Of a stretch of 38,513 nt of DNA, positions 1-13,800 are shown in pieces (the stretch's first letter is position 1; every line of letters starts with the position of its first letter). A program made the position numbers and the translations under genes. The DNA comes from Catajapyx aquilonaris (Eukaryota): contig JYFJ02003774.1 of assembly GCA_000934665.2 (NCBI GenBank), forward strand, positions 1 through 38,513, written 5' to 3'. The notes under the pieces were generated by a model that was given only the letters and a program-made list of their open reading frames with translations, was not told the DNA's origin and did not search any database.

Positions 1-129
1 CCGCAGTGGCGCTTTCCCATGTTAAACTCGCATAGACGGTGGCGCCACTGCGGAATTTTTCCATGTGTCGCCGTAATAAGCCGTGGACCACTACTGGTAT
101 TGATTTCGTGAAATATTCAGTCTCCCTAA

Positions 130-700
130 TGCAAGAGTTCTTCCAACAATGGGAGTGAAATGTATGTTGAGACCACTATTCATCTTTGGCATCCTTGTCA
201 AACTAGTAACAGTAAAGGGACGAGGAGAATGGAATGCGCAACGAGACTCAAGTGCCATTGTGCAATTTTGTGGTGGAAGGGAGATGGGGAGGGGGTGTAA
301 ATCCGCTAATGTGAAAATTAATACCTCGGCGTTGCATCACGTTGTCCTTACATGGTCCATTAATTGGTTCCAGGCATGCTACTCGGCAACATTGTCTTGC
401 AATTGACAACACTGTACCGAGGGTTGTATTGTTTGGAAAATGTAATGATCCGTATGAACCACGAACCATTCAACAATGAACCTCACTTGTTGTCATATTC
501 CATATTGTGTAAATATCCCATTACATCGCATGAACGATCCTTCCCAATTTTATTACCTGGGGTGTGGAAAATTGTTCACTTAGATCGTCTAATACGGGAT
601 CTATAACAGCGTATAACTTTGAGGGATTACTTGATGCAAGCTCTGGTTCTATGGTAGGTATCGTGTGTCCCATAACAGTATTGCAATAGTTACTAAGGAG
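130..700 (-). pseudogene. Possible highly decayed CR1/L2-type LINE reverse transcriptase fragment
   Basis: Minus-strand peptides GI*QQ..GSLL and LHFPNNTTL..CKDNVM loosely follow the GVPQGS / LFADDT / W..N.M order. Many stops; boundaries approximate. Confidence 0.25.
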
Positions 701-3700
701 GAATGAAAGTCGTACAAAACTGCTCCATTTACTAATGCGAATTATGCGCTAACATGAGTTATAATAGTCAATCCGGTCGTTGTACAAGCGAAATTAGGAA
801 CTATTTGGAGTTTAATTGCCATGCCATGCGGGCTATTTAGTTTAGCGTGTACCACGTACCGAATTTGCGTTAACCACTGCGAACATAAAGATACTGTTGC
901 GCAGTTTGTCAATCTTCTCCTGAAAACATAGTAGTACAAACCGAACGTTGTGTTGCTTTTTCCTGCATGATAAGAGACCGTAAATGTAAGGATACGAGGA
1001 ATAGTGCGAGCCTACGTCAATAACATCGAGTTACGTTGGAAAGTGGCCATACCGACACAGCTTGCTGGCACCGTGCCAGCATGTACGCAATCGTTGAGGG
1101 TTGACACCATGGCATAAAACCGGGAAAAAAAACTGTTTCCGAAAAAAAAGGTATGGGCGTCGATAACCGAGGAGCATCTATAGGCGAATGCGAGTCCCAT
1201 TACATCAGGACGAGTACGTGCACGTGGATTACGAAGTTCGTAACTCTGCATTGCGCATACTTTGTGTCCCGATCCTATTGACTAGGTGCACTGCACTGCC
1301 TGTAATCACGGCCAATTTTCTATTTGGATCCACAATGGAAGCTGATGCTATTTTCAACTTGTGATAGGTTCCGATTGAATTTGCCTTTTGCTGGCAAGGA
1401 TCTAGACTTAGCACGTAGTCTTTGGCCACACAAAGCCACACCAGTCAAGTCTTGTGGCGGGACAGGCCTGAAAATCCGTTTTGGGAGAAAACCTGTCCGT
1501 GTCATCTGTTGGCCTGAAGTAGAAAGTCATAATTGCTTTCATTGAGTGGCAATGGTTGGGACAGCTAAATGGAACTCCTTTGTCCCTCTCCTCCCAGTGC
1601 TAGCATCCCAGAATCCTCAAGCATTAAACTAATGAAGCCAGTCCTGGTGGGTTATACCTACCAAGTGTGAGAGAATTGTGAGAAGGGCAGAAGAAGAGGG
1701 TATTCTCCGGGTGCCAAGTCGTAATGGCGGCAGAAAACGAGCAAGGAGTAACTTGGGGGTACATTATTTGGGATATCAGCCTAAAATGGAGCACACACCG
1801 TGTAAATTCAATGGAATTGATTGGGACGAGTTCGATATTTTGTTATATAGCGAATTTTTCTTGAAAATTAGCCTGCCGATATGCAAGCGGTGGAACCAGG
1901 AAATAGTGAAAACTCGTCGTCTATTGAGGAACATTTACGTGGAACTGCTTGAATCAGCCCCCTGCAACTCCTACCCGAGTCTTGTGGAGACCCCCGTGAG
2001 CTTCCTTGCTGGCCCCGTTTTGAATTGGCTGTTTGAGAGGCTTCGTCCGCCGCCAGGATCGCCACACACTTGGCAACTACACCAGCGCTGAAGCTGCAAC
2101 CCCCCTCCCTACGGGTGAAAGCTGATACGGGCACGCGATAAGAGGGAGAGTTTCCAGACCCGTGTATTATAACTTTATAAGACAGTGGCCTGAATGAACC
2201 AATATTAGAAGCTAATACAGTATTTTAGTAACTACTGGTGCAAAAAAATCGGAACATATTCTGTATGTGCATATGGGCTGTACAGTGTTGGGCGAATATA
2301 ACGTAGGCTTTCAAATCTTTGTACAGTACACCCTTGTAGTGGATTTAGATGGTAAGGCTTGCCAATATACTTCGAATCCAAGTCCCCTTTGATGTGAACC
2401 TTCATTTTGAGCCGGCTCGTTGTGGCAAGGCAGCAAAGTTTGTAGGCTATCACAACACAAGTTCTTGGAGCGGTAGTTGAGGTATGCCCTTTGGGTTTTG
2501 TTAGCGACTCCTTCTTCCCAGCAACTTTTGCTCCGATGCCAGGCTCCTCAACACGTCCGTGTTGTCAGAAGAGGATTCAAATGATGTATGTACGCATAAC
2601 CCTCCGTCACATTAGGATCGGCCTCATTGTGCAGTTTTGGCACAGCCAATAGGAGTCGGCCCGCTAGCCTTCTGTGGATATATCGAGCGTGCCTCACGTG
2701 TTTTCTGTTTCCTGTCACATATCGCATCTGCAAAATGTTGTGCTGCGCCACTTTAGGTTGATTTGGGCTGGTTATTTTCTATTTTTCCGGCGAGAGTCTG
2801 ACCCTTGTATGAATTCAGCGAAGCATTTTATATCGGACTCTGGGGGCAGGCCCGACAAATCAAAGAGTATATGAATTCTCCTCCAGCAAACCCATTCCAC
2901 ATGACAAGAATTGCAGAATATAATCACTACAGCAAACCGCGAGGAAAAATCGATGCCTCAGGAGAGAAGAACTGGGGCCATTTTTACACGCTTTTTCCGC
3001 CTCTCTTTCTTATACGCTTTGCTGTATCGCTCGCTTGCGATTGCAGATTATTTGGGGAGCGTTACCGGCACATTGTGTTCTTTTCAACTATCGGGGGAAG
3101 AGGCATTAATTAGTCGGACGCTAATAAAATGTTTGTGCCACAATATGTGTAATTTGCGCTTTCACAAGTGCGCATTTTTATTTACTTTCCAGCGCAAACA
3201 CATTTTGTAGGCTACCACGATTAAGCCTGGGTTTAGTCGCCATATTTGTCCATATATTTTTAGTGATTTTGGACATTAGCCTAATTAGTTTGCGAGATTA
3301 TTTGATGTCATTTTGTGCTTTGATGTGGTTCAAATAATTGGGGCGGATATGGTATTATTGACTCGTGTGCGCCGTGTCAATTTTCGAATGAAAAGCGGGG
3401 GGAAATGGTGGGTGCTTGAGTCGACTCTAACTTTTTTTTTTGGATGTGTGACGGATGTTACCTCCATTTCTGCCACGTGTGTGAAATCCACTTTCGGCAG
3501 CCATGGGACTCCAGCCAACTGTTCTTAGAAACGGATAAAAAAAAACCAAGTGGTATATAGCATCTAGGTGAATTGAGCTGCAGATCATCTCTCAAATGGT
3601 TAAAGAATTCGATGAAAAAATAATGGTAACAACTTTGTATTCGTCAAAAAGCCAACTGTAATATATTTCATATTTACATATGGTGAATTTGATGGTATTA

Positions 3701-4185
3701 GACATTTATATGTATGCAGTCAGGATTTGAATATACATATATATACTGTATTGTAGTGGAGCCTGAGCCCACATGTGTGGCGCAAGTTCACAAATTTAAT
3801 AGGCTATCGGTTTCACTACAGCCTCGAATTACAGAGTGAGTCAACCCTAACTCACCACATGTATGCCTGATGGTGTTTTTTTTTTTAAGCGTCGCGTCGG
3901 TTACTGAGCATGCTGTCTTTTTGTGTGTGCCGTGTCCTGGACATGTGCGTGGGGCAACATATAGGGTCTCAATCATGTAGCTTGGTTTTGGAAAGAACGG
4001 CAACAATGGTAGCGTGTATTTTGGTCTTCTAAGTTTCCATCCCTGTCTGAAGGGTATGCACATTTGTAGCGGGGACAGTTATGTTTGGTGGTGTGCCAGT
4101 CAGGTGGGTTAATTGGGATAATAGATAGGCGGGGGCGCATGATGGATGTAGGGCCCTGTTAGGTAGAAGGCATCTTAGCCCAACA

Positions 4186-4493
4186 GCCACTGTAGTTTAG
4201 TGGCAGAACACATGCTCGATAGTGAGTGTGGACCTGGGTTCGATTCCCAGCAGTGGCACATGGGTTTGAGATACGTGCAGTCTTATTTTATGTTCTTGGG
4301 GATCTTGTTGCAGGTTCCGCTTACTCCAGGGACGCACTTAGCCATGGCAGTGTTTTAAAAGGGGCTTCCTTGCCAGCTACTTCGCTAATTAACACCATGT
4401 TTCATGGAAATGCGAGTCGCAGGCTCAGGCGTCTTCAAGTCGGCCTGGAGGTTTAGCTAGTGGATTAAGGAGATAAAACTAGATTACTTACTT
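4186..4493 (+). mobile_element. tRNA-derived SINE (tRNA-like head 4186-4258, short TTAC tail)
   Basis: Perfect acceptor stem GCCACTG/CAGTGGC, A box TAGTTTAGTGG, T arm CTGGG-TTCGATT-CCCAG. Irregular anticodon arm, no T-run terminator; body ends in attacttactt. No TSD found. Confidence 0.6.
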
Positions 4494-4599
4494 TCCTGCA
4501 GAGTTGCCCGAGCACTGCTAACTCTGGGATTTTTAAAGTTTGTCCTTGAATATGGCGTATTGATCAAACATAAGAGTAAATGAGTAGATGGTCACCGCT

Positions 4600-5040
4600 T
4601 CTCTTGCTTTCTTTACTGTAATAGTTCAGTTGAATAACGAGGCTGATAAACTGTCAACTAGAAGGTCAGTGCCTCGATGAAACCAAAACCAAGCTAATGA
4701 AGGAGGTATATATGAATTGCAGCTATCTGTATTAAAATCACTCTGATATTAAGCCGAGTGTGTCTTTATAGGCACTACATTCCTAGTTATAGTGCGGGCT
4801 AGAATATAATCACGTTGGATAGTATAACCTTGGTCCACCCTGTTGAAGGGAAAGTACGAGCACTTGATGGTACCTGTAGGCTCACAATGTTTGCTGGCTA
4901 ATTAATTAGGACTTGGCAGATGCCCCACTCTACTGAACGTACCGAGCAAGTACCACTGTGTACGATGTCACCAGCATGTCCAGGAAAGACACAAATTTGG
5001 ACCAATATGCAAATTCCTGCAGATTTCAATTACAAAACTT
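4600..5040 (+). pseudogene. Possible decayed CR1/L2 LINE ORF2 C-terminal fragment
   Basis: Reads ALHS*L*CGLEYNHVG, similar to the LY.SLVR..LEY...VW motif; approximate. Confidence 0.25.
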
Positions 5041-5325
5041 GATTGGAGTACGGTATTTCCCCCCCCCCCCNTTTCCCCCCCCCCCCCTCCAGCTATGGCA
5101 GTTTTGCTTTCAGCCTAGTCGCGATTATTGTTAATGTTCATAGAACTGCGTGCGTATAGTCTTCTAAACTTTGTAACTGTTGGTAAAGATGTGTAAGGTA
5201 AGAGAAGTAAATCGCCACCGTGAGAATTTTGTGTTATTAACCTGTATTTTGCCTCGTGAAATGACTATAGGTTGCCATTTGTTCCAGATGACACTCTTGA
5301 GGTTTCTCTAGATTCTGCCATGTGA

Positions 5326-5679
<354 letters not shown>

Positions 5680-6449
5680 TGATTTGTTTCCGGACAGTTG
5701 ACTGTCCTACGGCATCGGATAGCACTTAAAAGGGTTAAGACCCTGGCGTCGGGGGATGGAAGGTAGTTGAACAGCAAGCTATCCCACTGGCGGTCTAGAT
5801 GGGAAAGGGTGCGAGCATTTCCCACGGCCTTCCCCGATGCTGTTGGGCTCCAGCTAATGCTGATGAAACAATTTTGGAAAGAGCTCATTCCCATCCCGAG
5901 GAAGGAAAAGTAAAATGCAGCTTTGGGCAATCTCTCTCTCTCTCTAGCTCTCTCCACCTCCCTGGTTATTTCTTCTTTTCTTCTCCCACTTAGAATAGTA
6001 GGTGTCTTAATACGCAGGGGGTTAAAGGCATCGGATTTAAAATCGATTCTACGGGTTCATATATCAAGTTTTAGCATGACGGGATATTACAATGCAACCA
6101 GGTTGCTCGGATGTAAGCGAGAGCCGCTAATTTTGCACGATGGGGACATGTTACATTCAAACTCTGGCCTCTGCAGTAGGCTATCGTGATATACGTACCA
6201 GTACAGAGACCACTATTGAAACCGCCGAGTTTGGCCGCAGGCTTCGGTGTTTCGGAGTCTGATGTTACTGGCCTGCCCTGCGCGTTGCCATCATTAAGTG
6301 GACTCCAGTGCAGGTTACCGTTGGACACATTGTCAGTTTTACCATTTTTCTCGCCATACGCCTGGTGATACAGTCACCCCACTTACGGAGACAACGCCAG
6401 ACGATATTTGTGAAAATGACTTGCGTAGAGGATGTCACCATCGATATGG

Positions 6450-7260
6450 AAGTTAATTACTATAGCAGACCATGCCCGTGGATGTGGAGCGGGGCCGCCT
6501 ACAAAACCCAGGCCATACTTGAATGCCATTGTATCGACCAAAGATTGACTGGTTCAGCAGCGTTGGCGCACTCCACTGTTGACCAGCATGCTGGCCCGAC
6601 GCGACGTGCTGAGTAGACGTGTTCAGTTTTTAGAGCAGGTGACGCCAAATATTTCTGGAGCAATGCAGGGCCGGCTGCTTCCATTTTTGTTGCGAATATT
6701 TGCGTGGAAATGACCCATAAACCGTGGTTCGTTTGTAACGGATTCCACGTACATTTGTGCTCGCATAAGCAAAGGTCGGGTTTGGTAGCCCGCCGTGGTC
6801 TGACGACGAACTTTGAATCAATACACCAGCTCTTTGAAACAGATGGCTGCGGAGTTCGCACGTGCCTTCCGCCCTCTCGGAGTTATTTAATAAATGTGGT
6901 AAGGACCTCGGCAACAAACTGAACTGAAGGGAATAGGACGATCCAAAAAATGAGAGGTAGTCCTATATATCGGGAGTCCTGACAGAGTCCTTGGGAAGCC
7001 TTGATCGCCTGGCAATATCACACTTTACTGCAAACGATCGAAATAATGCACTTGGGTTATCACAGGAACAACTGAATAGAATCGCCAATCAGGTTAATTA
7101 AATTAGGGAATAAGAATTTCTGGAGAGGACACACCTACCTTGGGACATGCTGTATTCGCTAGGGGAACCTTGTACCGAGGATTGTAACACGTTCAATCTA
7201 GCCAGTAAAGAGGCTTGCAAATGCGAGTAATGCCAGGTTTTTCACAGTGGCTGGCAGTTC
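6450..7260 (+). pseudogene. Decayed non-LTR retrotransposon (RTE/CR1-like) reverse transcriptase relic
   Basis: Degenerate motifs in the right order across frames: HSTVDQ (RST.DQ), IFLEQCRA (F.D..KA), FETDGCGVRTCLPPS (GVRQGC.LSP), IEIMHLG..IKLGNKN..TYLG, GEPCTED..NLAS. Confidence 0.5.
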
Positions 7261-8649
7261 AGCAAGGAAGAATGCATTGATGTGGTCCAGCATGACTAGG
7301 AGAATTTGACGCCATTTGCAGACTTCATACGGTTTTTAGAATAATTGAGCTTGCATGGATGGAGCCAGAGCGAACTTTCCCATATTGGATCTTCAAGGCA
7401 CTTAATATCGCTCGAAATGGCACGTTTTTGTAAGAGCGCTGTTGCATAGTCGAATTAATCATGCTTGTATGGTTTGTATTGACCCGTTTTAATCTGTCGA
7501 TTTGCATGCAATTTACTCCATTTTGTCCGAGGTGATTCGGAACCAGTCGAGCTCCGATTGCGCAATTTTGAACCGGCTCTAATGCGAATATGAGTTAGGC
7601 AGTGATTCGGATGTTTCGTGGCAAACGGTTGAAATAACGGAGCGGCTATTTTGGACAAAAAAAATTGTCACCGCCGAAGATTTAACGCGGATTTTTGCAC
7701 TGCTGCGAGAATGAGATAACAGCAATTTTGTCGCTTGCCAGAAACTTGGCACTTTTTTCCTCTCCTCCCAGCCCATGAATGACCGAATGAGGCGATTGGG
7801 TATTATTGTCAAGATATCATATTTCCCGTAGTTTGTTCCGTGTCTGGCTCGAGTTGGAATTGTTGTAGGAGTTGATTACACATTCTCTGGCACAGCGTAA
7901 CAGTTTGGACCGCAGTCAATAGAAAGCGGCTCCCTCCCTCCCCGTCCTTCCCACCCCCGCCGTCCCCTGGATTCAATTAACGAGGGAAGGTCCGGTGACT
8001 GCGAAGAATGTCGGCGAACTCGCCAAACGAGCGAAAATGATGATGACGTGTAATTTTCCCGGAGGTTGCAGCCTCCCAGGGCCCCAGTTAGAATTCGCGT
8101 CGACTCATTGCACTTTCTGACCTTTTTTGCAGTATATTCGATTTTTTGTCACTCCAAGGGTCATACTTTGTTAGTGTTGGTACAGGCTCATCATTAAGCC
8201 TTTTTGACACATCCTAGAAACATTTGGAGGTACTCGAGAAATCCGACAATTTAAGCCTTATTGCACCAGCAGCCGGAAAAGGGATTGAATACTGGCAGTC
8301 AGTTTGTAATGTGGAAATCTTTCCCGGCAAGTATTTGCGGAAACTGTTTCACAACATGTCGGAGGAAGATAGGCTTCCCTTTTTTGCACTCTTTTCTTTT
8401 TAAACATGCAGCAGATTGTTGGAATGGTGAAAGGGAGTGGTGAACCAGATGCCACCAGGGGACACCCCCCCCCCCCCCCAAGGTTCTCTTTGATGCCATT
8501 CCACCGGAAGGGACCCAGGCACAATTTTGTCCAGACCTGGACCATTCATGTCCGAATGAGGTCCTTGACATTTTGATAGACTCAGCCTCATCAGAATGGA
8601 TCACACTGACTACTGGTACTTCAATGGAGGCCATTAAAACCAATTATTA

Positions 8650-9480
8650 TTATACTAATTGCTCCAGATGGTGTCGTCCCCTCAATAATTTCTTAAAACG
8701 TTAAAAGCCACGCGCGGCTTGTCTCCAGGTTTTATTCAGACTTGAGTTTTGTACGTGAAAATACGCCAAAAAGGTTATTTCTGGAATTCTTGGGTAACTC
8801 CTCCGAGACATGTTGGTGGAGTTGGTTTTGCAGTGAAAGTGATCTGCGAGAAGTAGCCAGAAAAGGGAGTTGGAAATTGCTGGAATATTCAGCCCCGTAC
8901 TTTGACAGGCCACGTTAATTATCGTACCGCCCCTGGGAGAACTCGTGTTTACGACTCCGTGTCTTTTCTAATGAGTAGTGACATAAACGTAGGGCCGTAT
9001 ACAGTATGCGGGATACTTTCGATCTGTTGCCTCATAACTGCCTGAATCCGACTGAATAGAAATAAGCAAGGGCCAGATTCGTCTGTGAAGATAACCAACA
9101 CGCATGACGCACTTCTAACAATGAGGCGGGTGTTGGTGTTTACAAGACTCGAGAGTTCATCAAAGGTCATCTAGGTTGGCCTGGTGACGCCGTTGACCCG
9201 CGACTTGAATCGGACCATTGTAAAGGGAGATCTGGATGCTGGTGTCTTAAACACGTTTCCAATGCGCTTGCAGGAAATTGCGGAGGAAGTTTGCATAAGT
9301 AGGCTTGAATGCTGCCGGCGCTTTGGGCGCTTTCTGACAACGACGTCGCCGTCGTCATGTATGTCGAGCTGCCTTATCAAAAGTCGGAAGCTAGAGGGTG
9401 TAATATGTATGGGAGAAGGCGGAGGGAGCTGTTCAAAGATGCCCCATTCAGGAGACATCTGCTCCGAAACCATTTGCCTT
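8650..9480 (-). pseudogene. Possible decayed Tc1-family transposase relic
   Basis: Minus strand gives in order DDGDVVVRKRPKR, SLVNTNTRL, VIFTDES (first catalytic D motif), then GGTIINVACQSTG (cf. GGGSVMVWGCFS). Stops and frameshifts present; no TIRs identified. Confidence 0.35.
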
Positions 9481-10363
9481 GGAGGATTAGAATGACGTGA
9501 AATGAAGCAAACAAATGCGCCATATTTGTCTGTGACGCTACAACTTCTTTTTCATTTTTTTTTTAAACTTTCCGTACGAACAGTATAATAAGCGGATAAG
9601 TGGGAAAGGAATTCAAAGAACAACTCTGAGGACGTGTTGTTTCAACCGTCTACTGGATTTTTGTGGGCTTCATTTTTGAGGAAATCAATAATTACAGTAT
9701 TTGCGAAGCTACGAGTTTCAGATAATAACCAAGCCTGGAATGCAACAATGTTTTCCAACTGGTGAAAAAAAAACCCTGCAGTGCTCGAGTGAGGTATCCT
9801 CTACTGCATTTTGTAAAGCGGTTGTTAGTCTGTGCGGTGGAATATAGGTTGTATTAATGGATACTCCGGCAAATGGTTTATGCGCCTTTAAAATTGCGCT
9901 TGTTGTGGACCAGAATTACTTAAAAACTGTGCTATAGGTGAGTCTCAATTATGGTTTATAAGCTACACAGAACAATATGACCAAACCGCGTCGGGTTGTA
10001 TAATATCCAGCCCCGAGTAATGATCTGATATGCAATAGCTAAAACATCCCCACCTCGGTGTTTTATAACTGGCATCACGTGAATGATAAAGTATCGCTAA
10101 GAAATCAATAGCCAGCATTTATGAAAGGAGGAAAACACACAAGTCGATTGTGACATATTTCAGGTGCTATGGGCTGAGTCATTATTTGAAGGCCTGTGCA
10201 ATGTAACGTCAAGTCCCTGGCAACGACAAAACATGGCGATTGCGCGACATGTGTAATTGGGCAGTAGGCGCGTAGGCCGTGATTGGGCATGGGTGGGGAA
10301 AAGGTTGTGATCTTGTGCATCCAAGCCCAACAAATCCCAATTCCCCCGCCCGGGTCCTTTTCA

Positions 10364-10413
10364 TCCTTCCTTCCTTCCTTCCTTCCTTCCTTCCGTCCTT
10401 CCTTCCTTCCTTC
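10364..10413. repeat. (TTCC)n microsatellite
   Basis: Direct reading. Confidence 0.95.
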
Positions 10414-11154
10414 ACTGCGGCGTTTCTGCGCAAGCGGCCAACGACTATGGGAAATGTAGGAAGCAGCATCCAGCTTGACGCAGTGCAGAGCATTGGCCGC
10501 AGTTTCATAAGTCCAGGGATCTCCTCTTGGCAGCCTTCCCGATCCGCCTTCCATTCTTCATCGCAGGGGGTTTATTTTCTTTTTTATGTATATATTTTAC
10601 TTAACTCTTAATCCCCGCCCCTTTCTCCGGACATATTATGAGACCACTTGTAGTAATAAATGCGGCCTGGAATGAAGGCCGTACTTGGGCGAGCAATAGG
10701 GTGTAACTATTTTCAATATTTGCACGACACGAGGTTATATATATAAAATAAATATTTTTGCCTCGGAAGCGCACGCGAGACTGGGTGGTATCGCGTCTTA
10801 CAAGACCTTCTGAGCAGCACGCGATTAAAACGCACAGCCGACTTTTATCCGGATAATCGATACTGGAGGGGAGCTTTTGTTATGCAAGTGTACCTTCCCA
10901 CAGCGGTTGTGCGGCCGACTGTTGATTTTTTAGCGCTTTTGGTTTGGACCGGTTTATTCCCCGGATGAACACAATTGTTGAACCACAGGGAACTGGCGCA
11001 TCCGTCATTCCAAATACATCAAATATAGCCCCCCTGGAAATTGGTGTTATGCATCCGGAAAGTGTAAGAGCATGGTCGGAAGAAATGACTTTTGATTCGT
11101 TTCTCCTGGAGGCAATATTGCATTTGAATTGGGTGGGTGGGTGGGCTGGCTGGC

Positions 11155-11157
<3 letters not shown>

Positions 11158-11193
<36 letters not shown>
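11158..11193. repeat. (GA)n microsatellite
   Basis: Direct reading. Confidence 0.95.
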
Positions 11194-11195
<2 letters not shown>

Positions 11196-11749
11196 TCGTG
11201 GACAAAACGCCGTATGTGGCAAGTACTAATGCCAATCGATATGCATGGCTTGCTGCCTCTAAACTAGCCCTATTAATTAAGTTGGTTATGCTCGACTAGG
11301 GTTATCTGTGTGTGCGAGCGGCCCTCTGTGTCGTGTAGGACAAAGGTTTTTAGTTTCTGTGTAGACAAGCGCGCCTTTTTTTGTGGCTGTAAACGGACTT
11401 ATGAGGCCGAACAAAAAGAACTGGAAAAAAGGGCTGACATTGGCATTTTCACACCATATGCATCCCCCCCTGTAGAGTACGGTACTAGGCACAGAGCGGC
11501 ACTATTGTGCTAGGATCATCAGGATTGTGTGATTAGTAAATGAGTAATACGCAGCTAATGAGAAAGACCCGCACTGGCTGACTCCCGGATAGGCCTGTCT
11601 ATTGCCCAAGTTGTTTGGCATCGGGGAAAAAAGAGGGCAAAAGTGACCTATACCTTATCCATGTTGCTGCTTGTTGCAAACACAATAGTCGTGGAAGGAT
11701 GACAGGCACGTGATAGGACGGATTGAATGTTTCAATCCGAAATCAGATT

Positions 11750-13800
11750 GCGGAGTTTCCGGCTTGGTAGTCCCTCGACAGGTATGGAATATCTGCAGGA
11801 TTGGAAGATGGGTGGGATGTGGGTGGCGGGTAGGAGAGTGACAGAGGAGGGTGTAGCTGGTTAATTTCCAGGGGACTCGTGAGTGGTGTCATATTGGACC
11901 GCAAATAAGCCCGATGAGCTAGACCTACCGCAGGATTACTAACCCTGACTACACGCAATTGCGGTGGTGTTGCAAACAGAACAGCTTGTAGGTGCGGACT
12001 AGTTACCACCCCAAAAATGGCGAGGGGGGGCCTTCCCCTTTTGGATGGCCAAACTACACCGCATTCCAAATAGAGTGTGTTGATCGACTAGCAAGTTGTA
12101 TGGCGTGGCAGCGATGCATTTCCTTCCTTGCCAGGTTACTGGCCACCCTATGTTTTTGCGGAATAGTTTCTGCTACTGAAGCCACATTTGGAAGGGGAGA
12201 AAAGCAGCATTCAGATCAATACCAGCCTCGTCCGGCTATAGCACTTGCTTGGGTTGACTAGCCCAGCTCCTATCGTATTAAAATAGCAAAAATAGCCGGC
12301 CTGGTTATCGCTGGGAAAGATTGGTATAAAGGCGCTTGCTGGAGATTGTCGCCATTCATGCTGCTCCCTGAGGCCATCTTCTTCTGCGCCAGCTGCTGTG
12401 TGTAACTTATCTCACTTCTATAGACACCTGTTCGGCCCTAACCCAATTGGCTGTCAAGGGGGGCATTGGGATTTCCGGCCAAGATTTTACACTCTTCCAT
12501 TTCTTGCTGTAAACCTCAAAGGAACGGTCGCCTTCACCCCATACCCGCAATACAGAAGAAATCCAAACAAGAAAATATGCTTCAGTCCGCACCCTCTTCG
12601 CAGGAATATTGCCGTTCCCCTTTGATATGACAATTGTTACTACAAGATTGCAAATGTTGTAACGGCAATATTGATTAGAGACTCGCGGCTTGCGCACGTA
12701 ATTTGCGTTATGGATGTTCATGTACTTCGCCAGAGAGCTAGCTCGACTGCAGTATCCATATATAATTTTAGTGCAAAGTGTCTGTAATAAGTAAATGGAT
12801 AGGAGTACAGTTTCTTGACACGCTATCCTGATTACGGTCCATAAAATATATAGGTACTTGAGAAACGACGACGACATTCCTCTTGGTTAAGGGTAGCGAT
12901 AAAAATCAGTCCTGGGAAACATTGGTGTTCGGTTAGATGAGTTATCCCTTTTGGTTCGTCAAGACTGGGCACCCTCCCCATCAAAGGGGGCATGTGGGTT
13001 CATTCCAAAAGATTGGAAGGCAGGCGGATGGAATGCGACCTATAGGAAGACTATTGATCAAATAGGATCGAAGCCTGCTCTATCAAGTACTAACGATACG
13101 AGAAAGGGATGGATTGGGATATGAACCTATCTTCAGAATGAAATGCTTCGGAAGCTACTAATAGAAGTCTCGGATAACACTCAAATATCCCGGAAGAGAA
13201 GTATCGGATGTCGACCGGGAATGTTTTTGAACTTGCGCTCAATAGAGTAACTAACTGATGACCCACACTAGGGAGGGGAGGGGGGGGGGAATCCGAGTTT
13301 ACCTGACTGCATGGCCTATCGCAAGGTAGAATCTCATTACTTGTAATCGTGGAACAAAATTGAACAGCACTGCATGATGATGGCTACTTTGCATACCATA
13401 TTAGAGTTTTGACACAAGTGTGGCATATCAGTAGCCCTCATTTCCTCCATTCCGAGCACGTGTCAACCTGTCCGTGTCCTGGAGGGCTGTAAGAACAATA
13501 TTAGCACTCGAGTCAAGTTTGAAATTGCCACATCTTTCCTATGCAGAAAGAGCTTCATTCCCCAGCCGATCCCTCTTGCTGTCATTATAAGTTGTGAAAC
13601 GGCCCCTTGGCTGTGAAAAGAAGGGAAGATTCGGGCGTATGGAACTGGCAGGTGTCCGGAATGATTGCCCAGGCCAGGATTGTCGATTAGGCCAGAGGTG
13701 GTGGGAGAAGGAACTCCTTAGGGCCCCGCTTAAGCTTTGTTCATAATGGGTCAATTGCACGGATTTGACCTTGGGTGGGATTCCCTAAGCCTCCCCATAG
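11750..13800 (-). pseudogene. Decayed I-group (I/Nimb-like) LINE ORF2: RT, thumb and RNase H
   Basis: Colinear degenerate motifs on the minus strand: PGQSFRTPASSIRPNL (PGKDP..PSSYRPISL, ~13650), EHQCFPGLIF (E.KFLGLIFD, ~12920), FLKYL..W..ACQETVLLSIY..CTKIIYG (thumb), IPMPP, LPNVASVAE (RNase H LP..ASIFTAE, ~12180), SNPAVGLAHRA (GNE.AD.LA..A, ~11920). Confidence 0.55.

Noticed and set aside
1678..2091. 137-aa ORF as a possible upstream RBFOX exon or nested gene
   Set aside because: No recognisable domain, GTG start, and no convincing splice-site pair.
5059..5092. Poly-C tract ending in CAG as an extra acceptor
   Set aside because: Contains an N and looks like an unreliable homopolymer; no supported exon follows.
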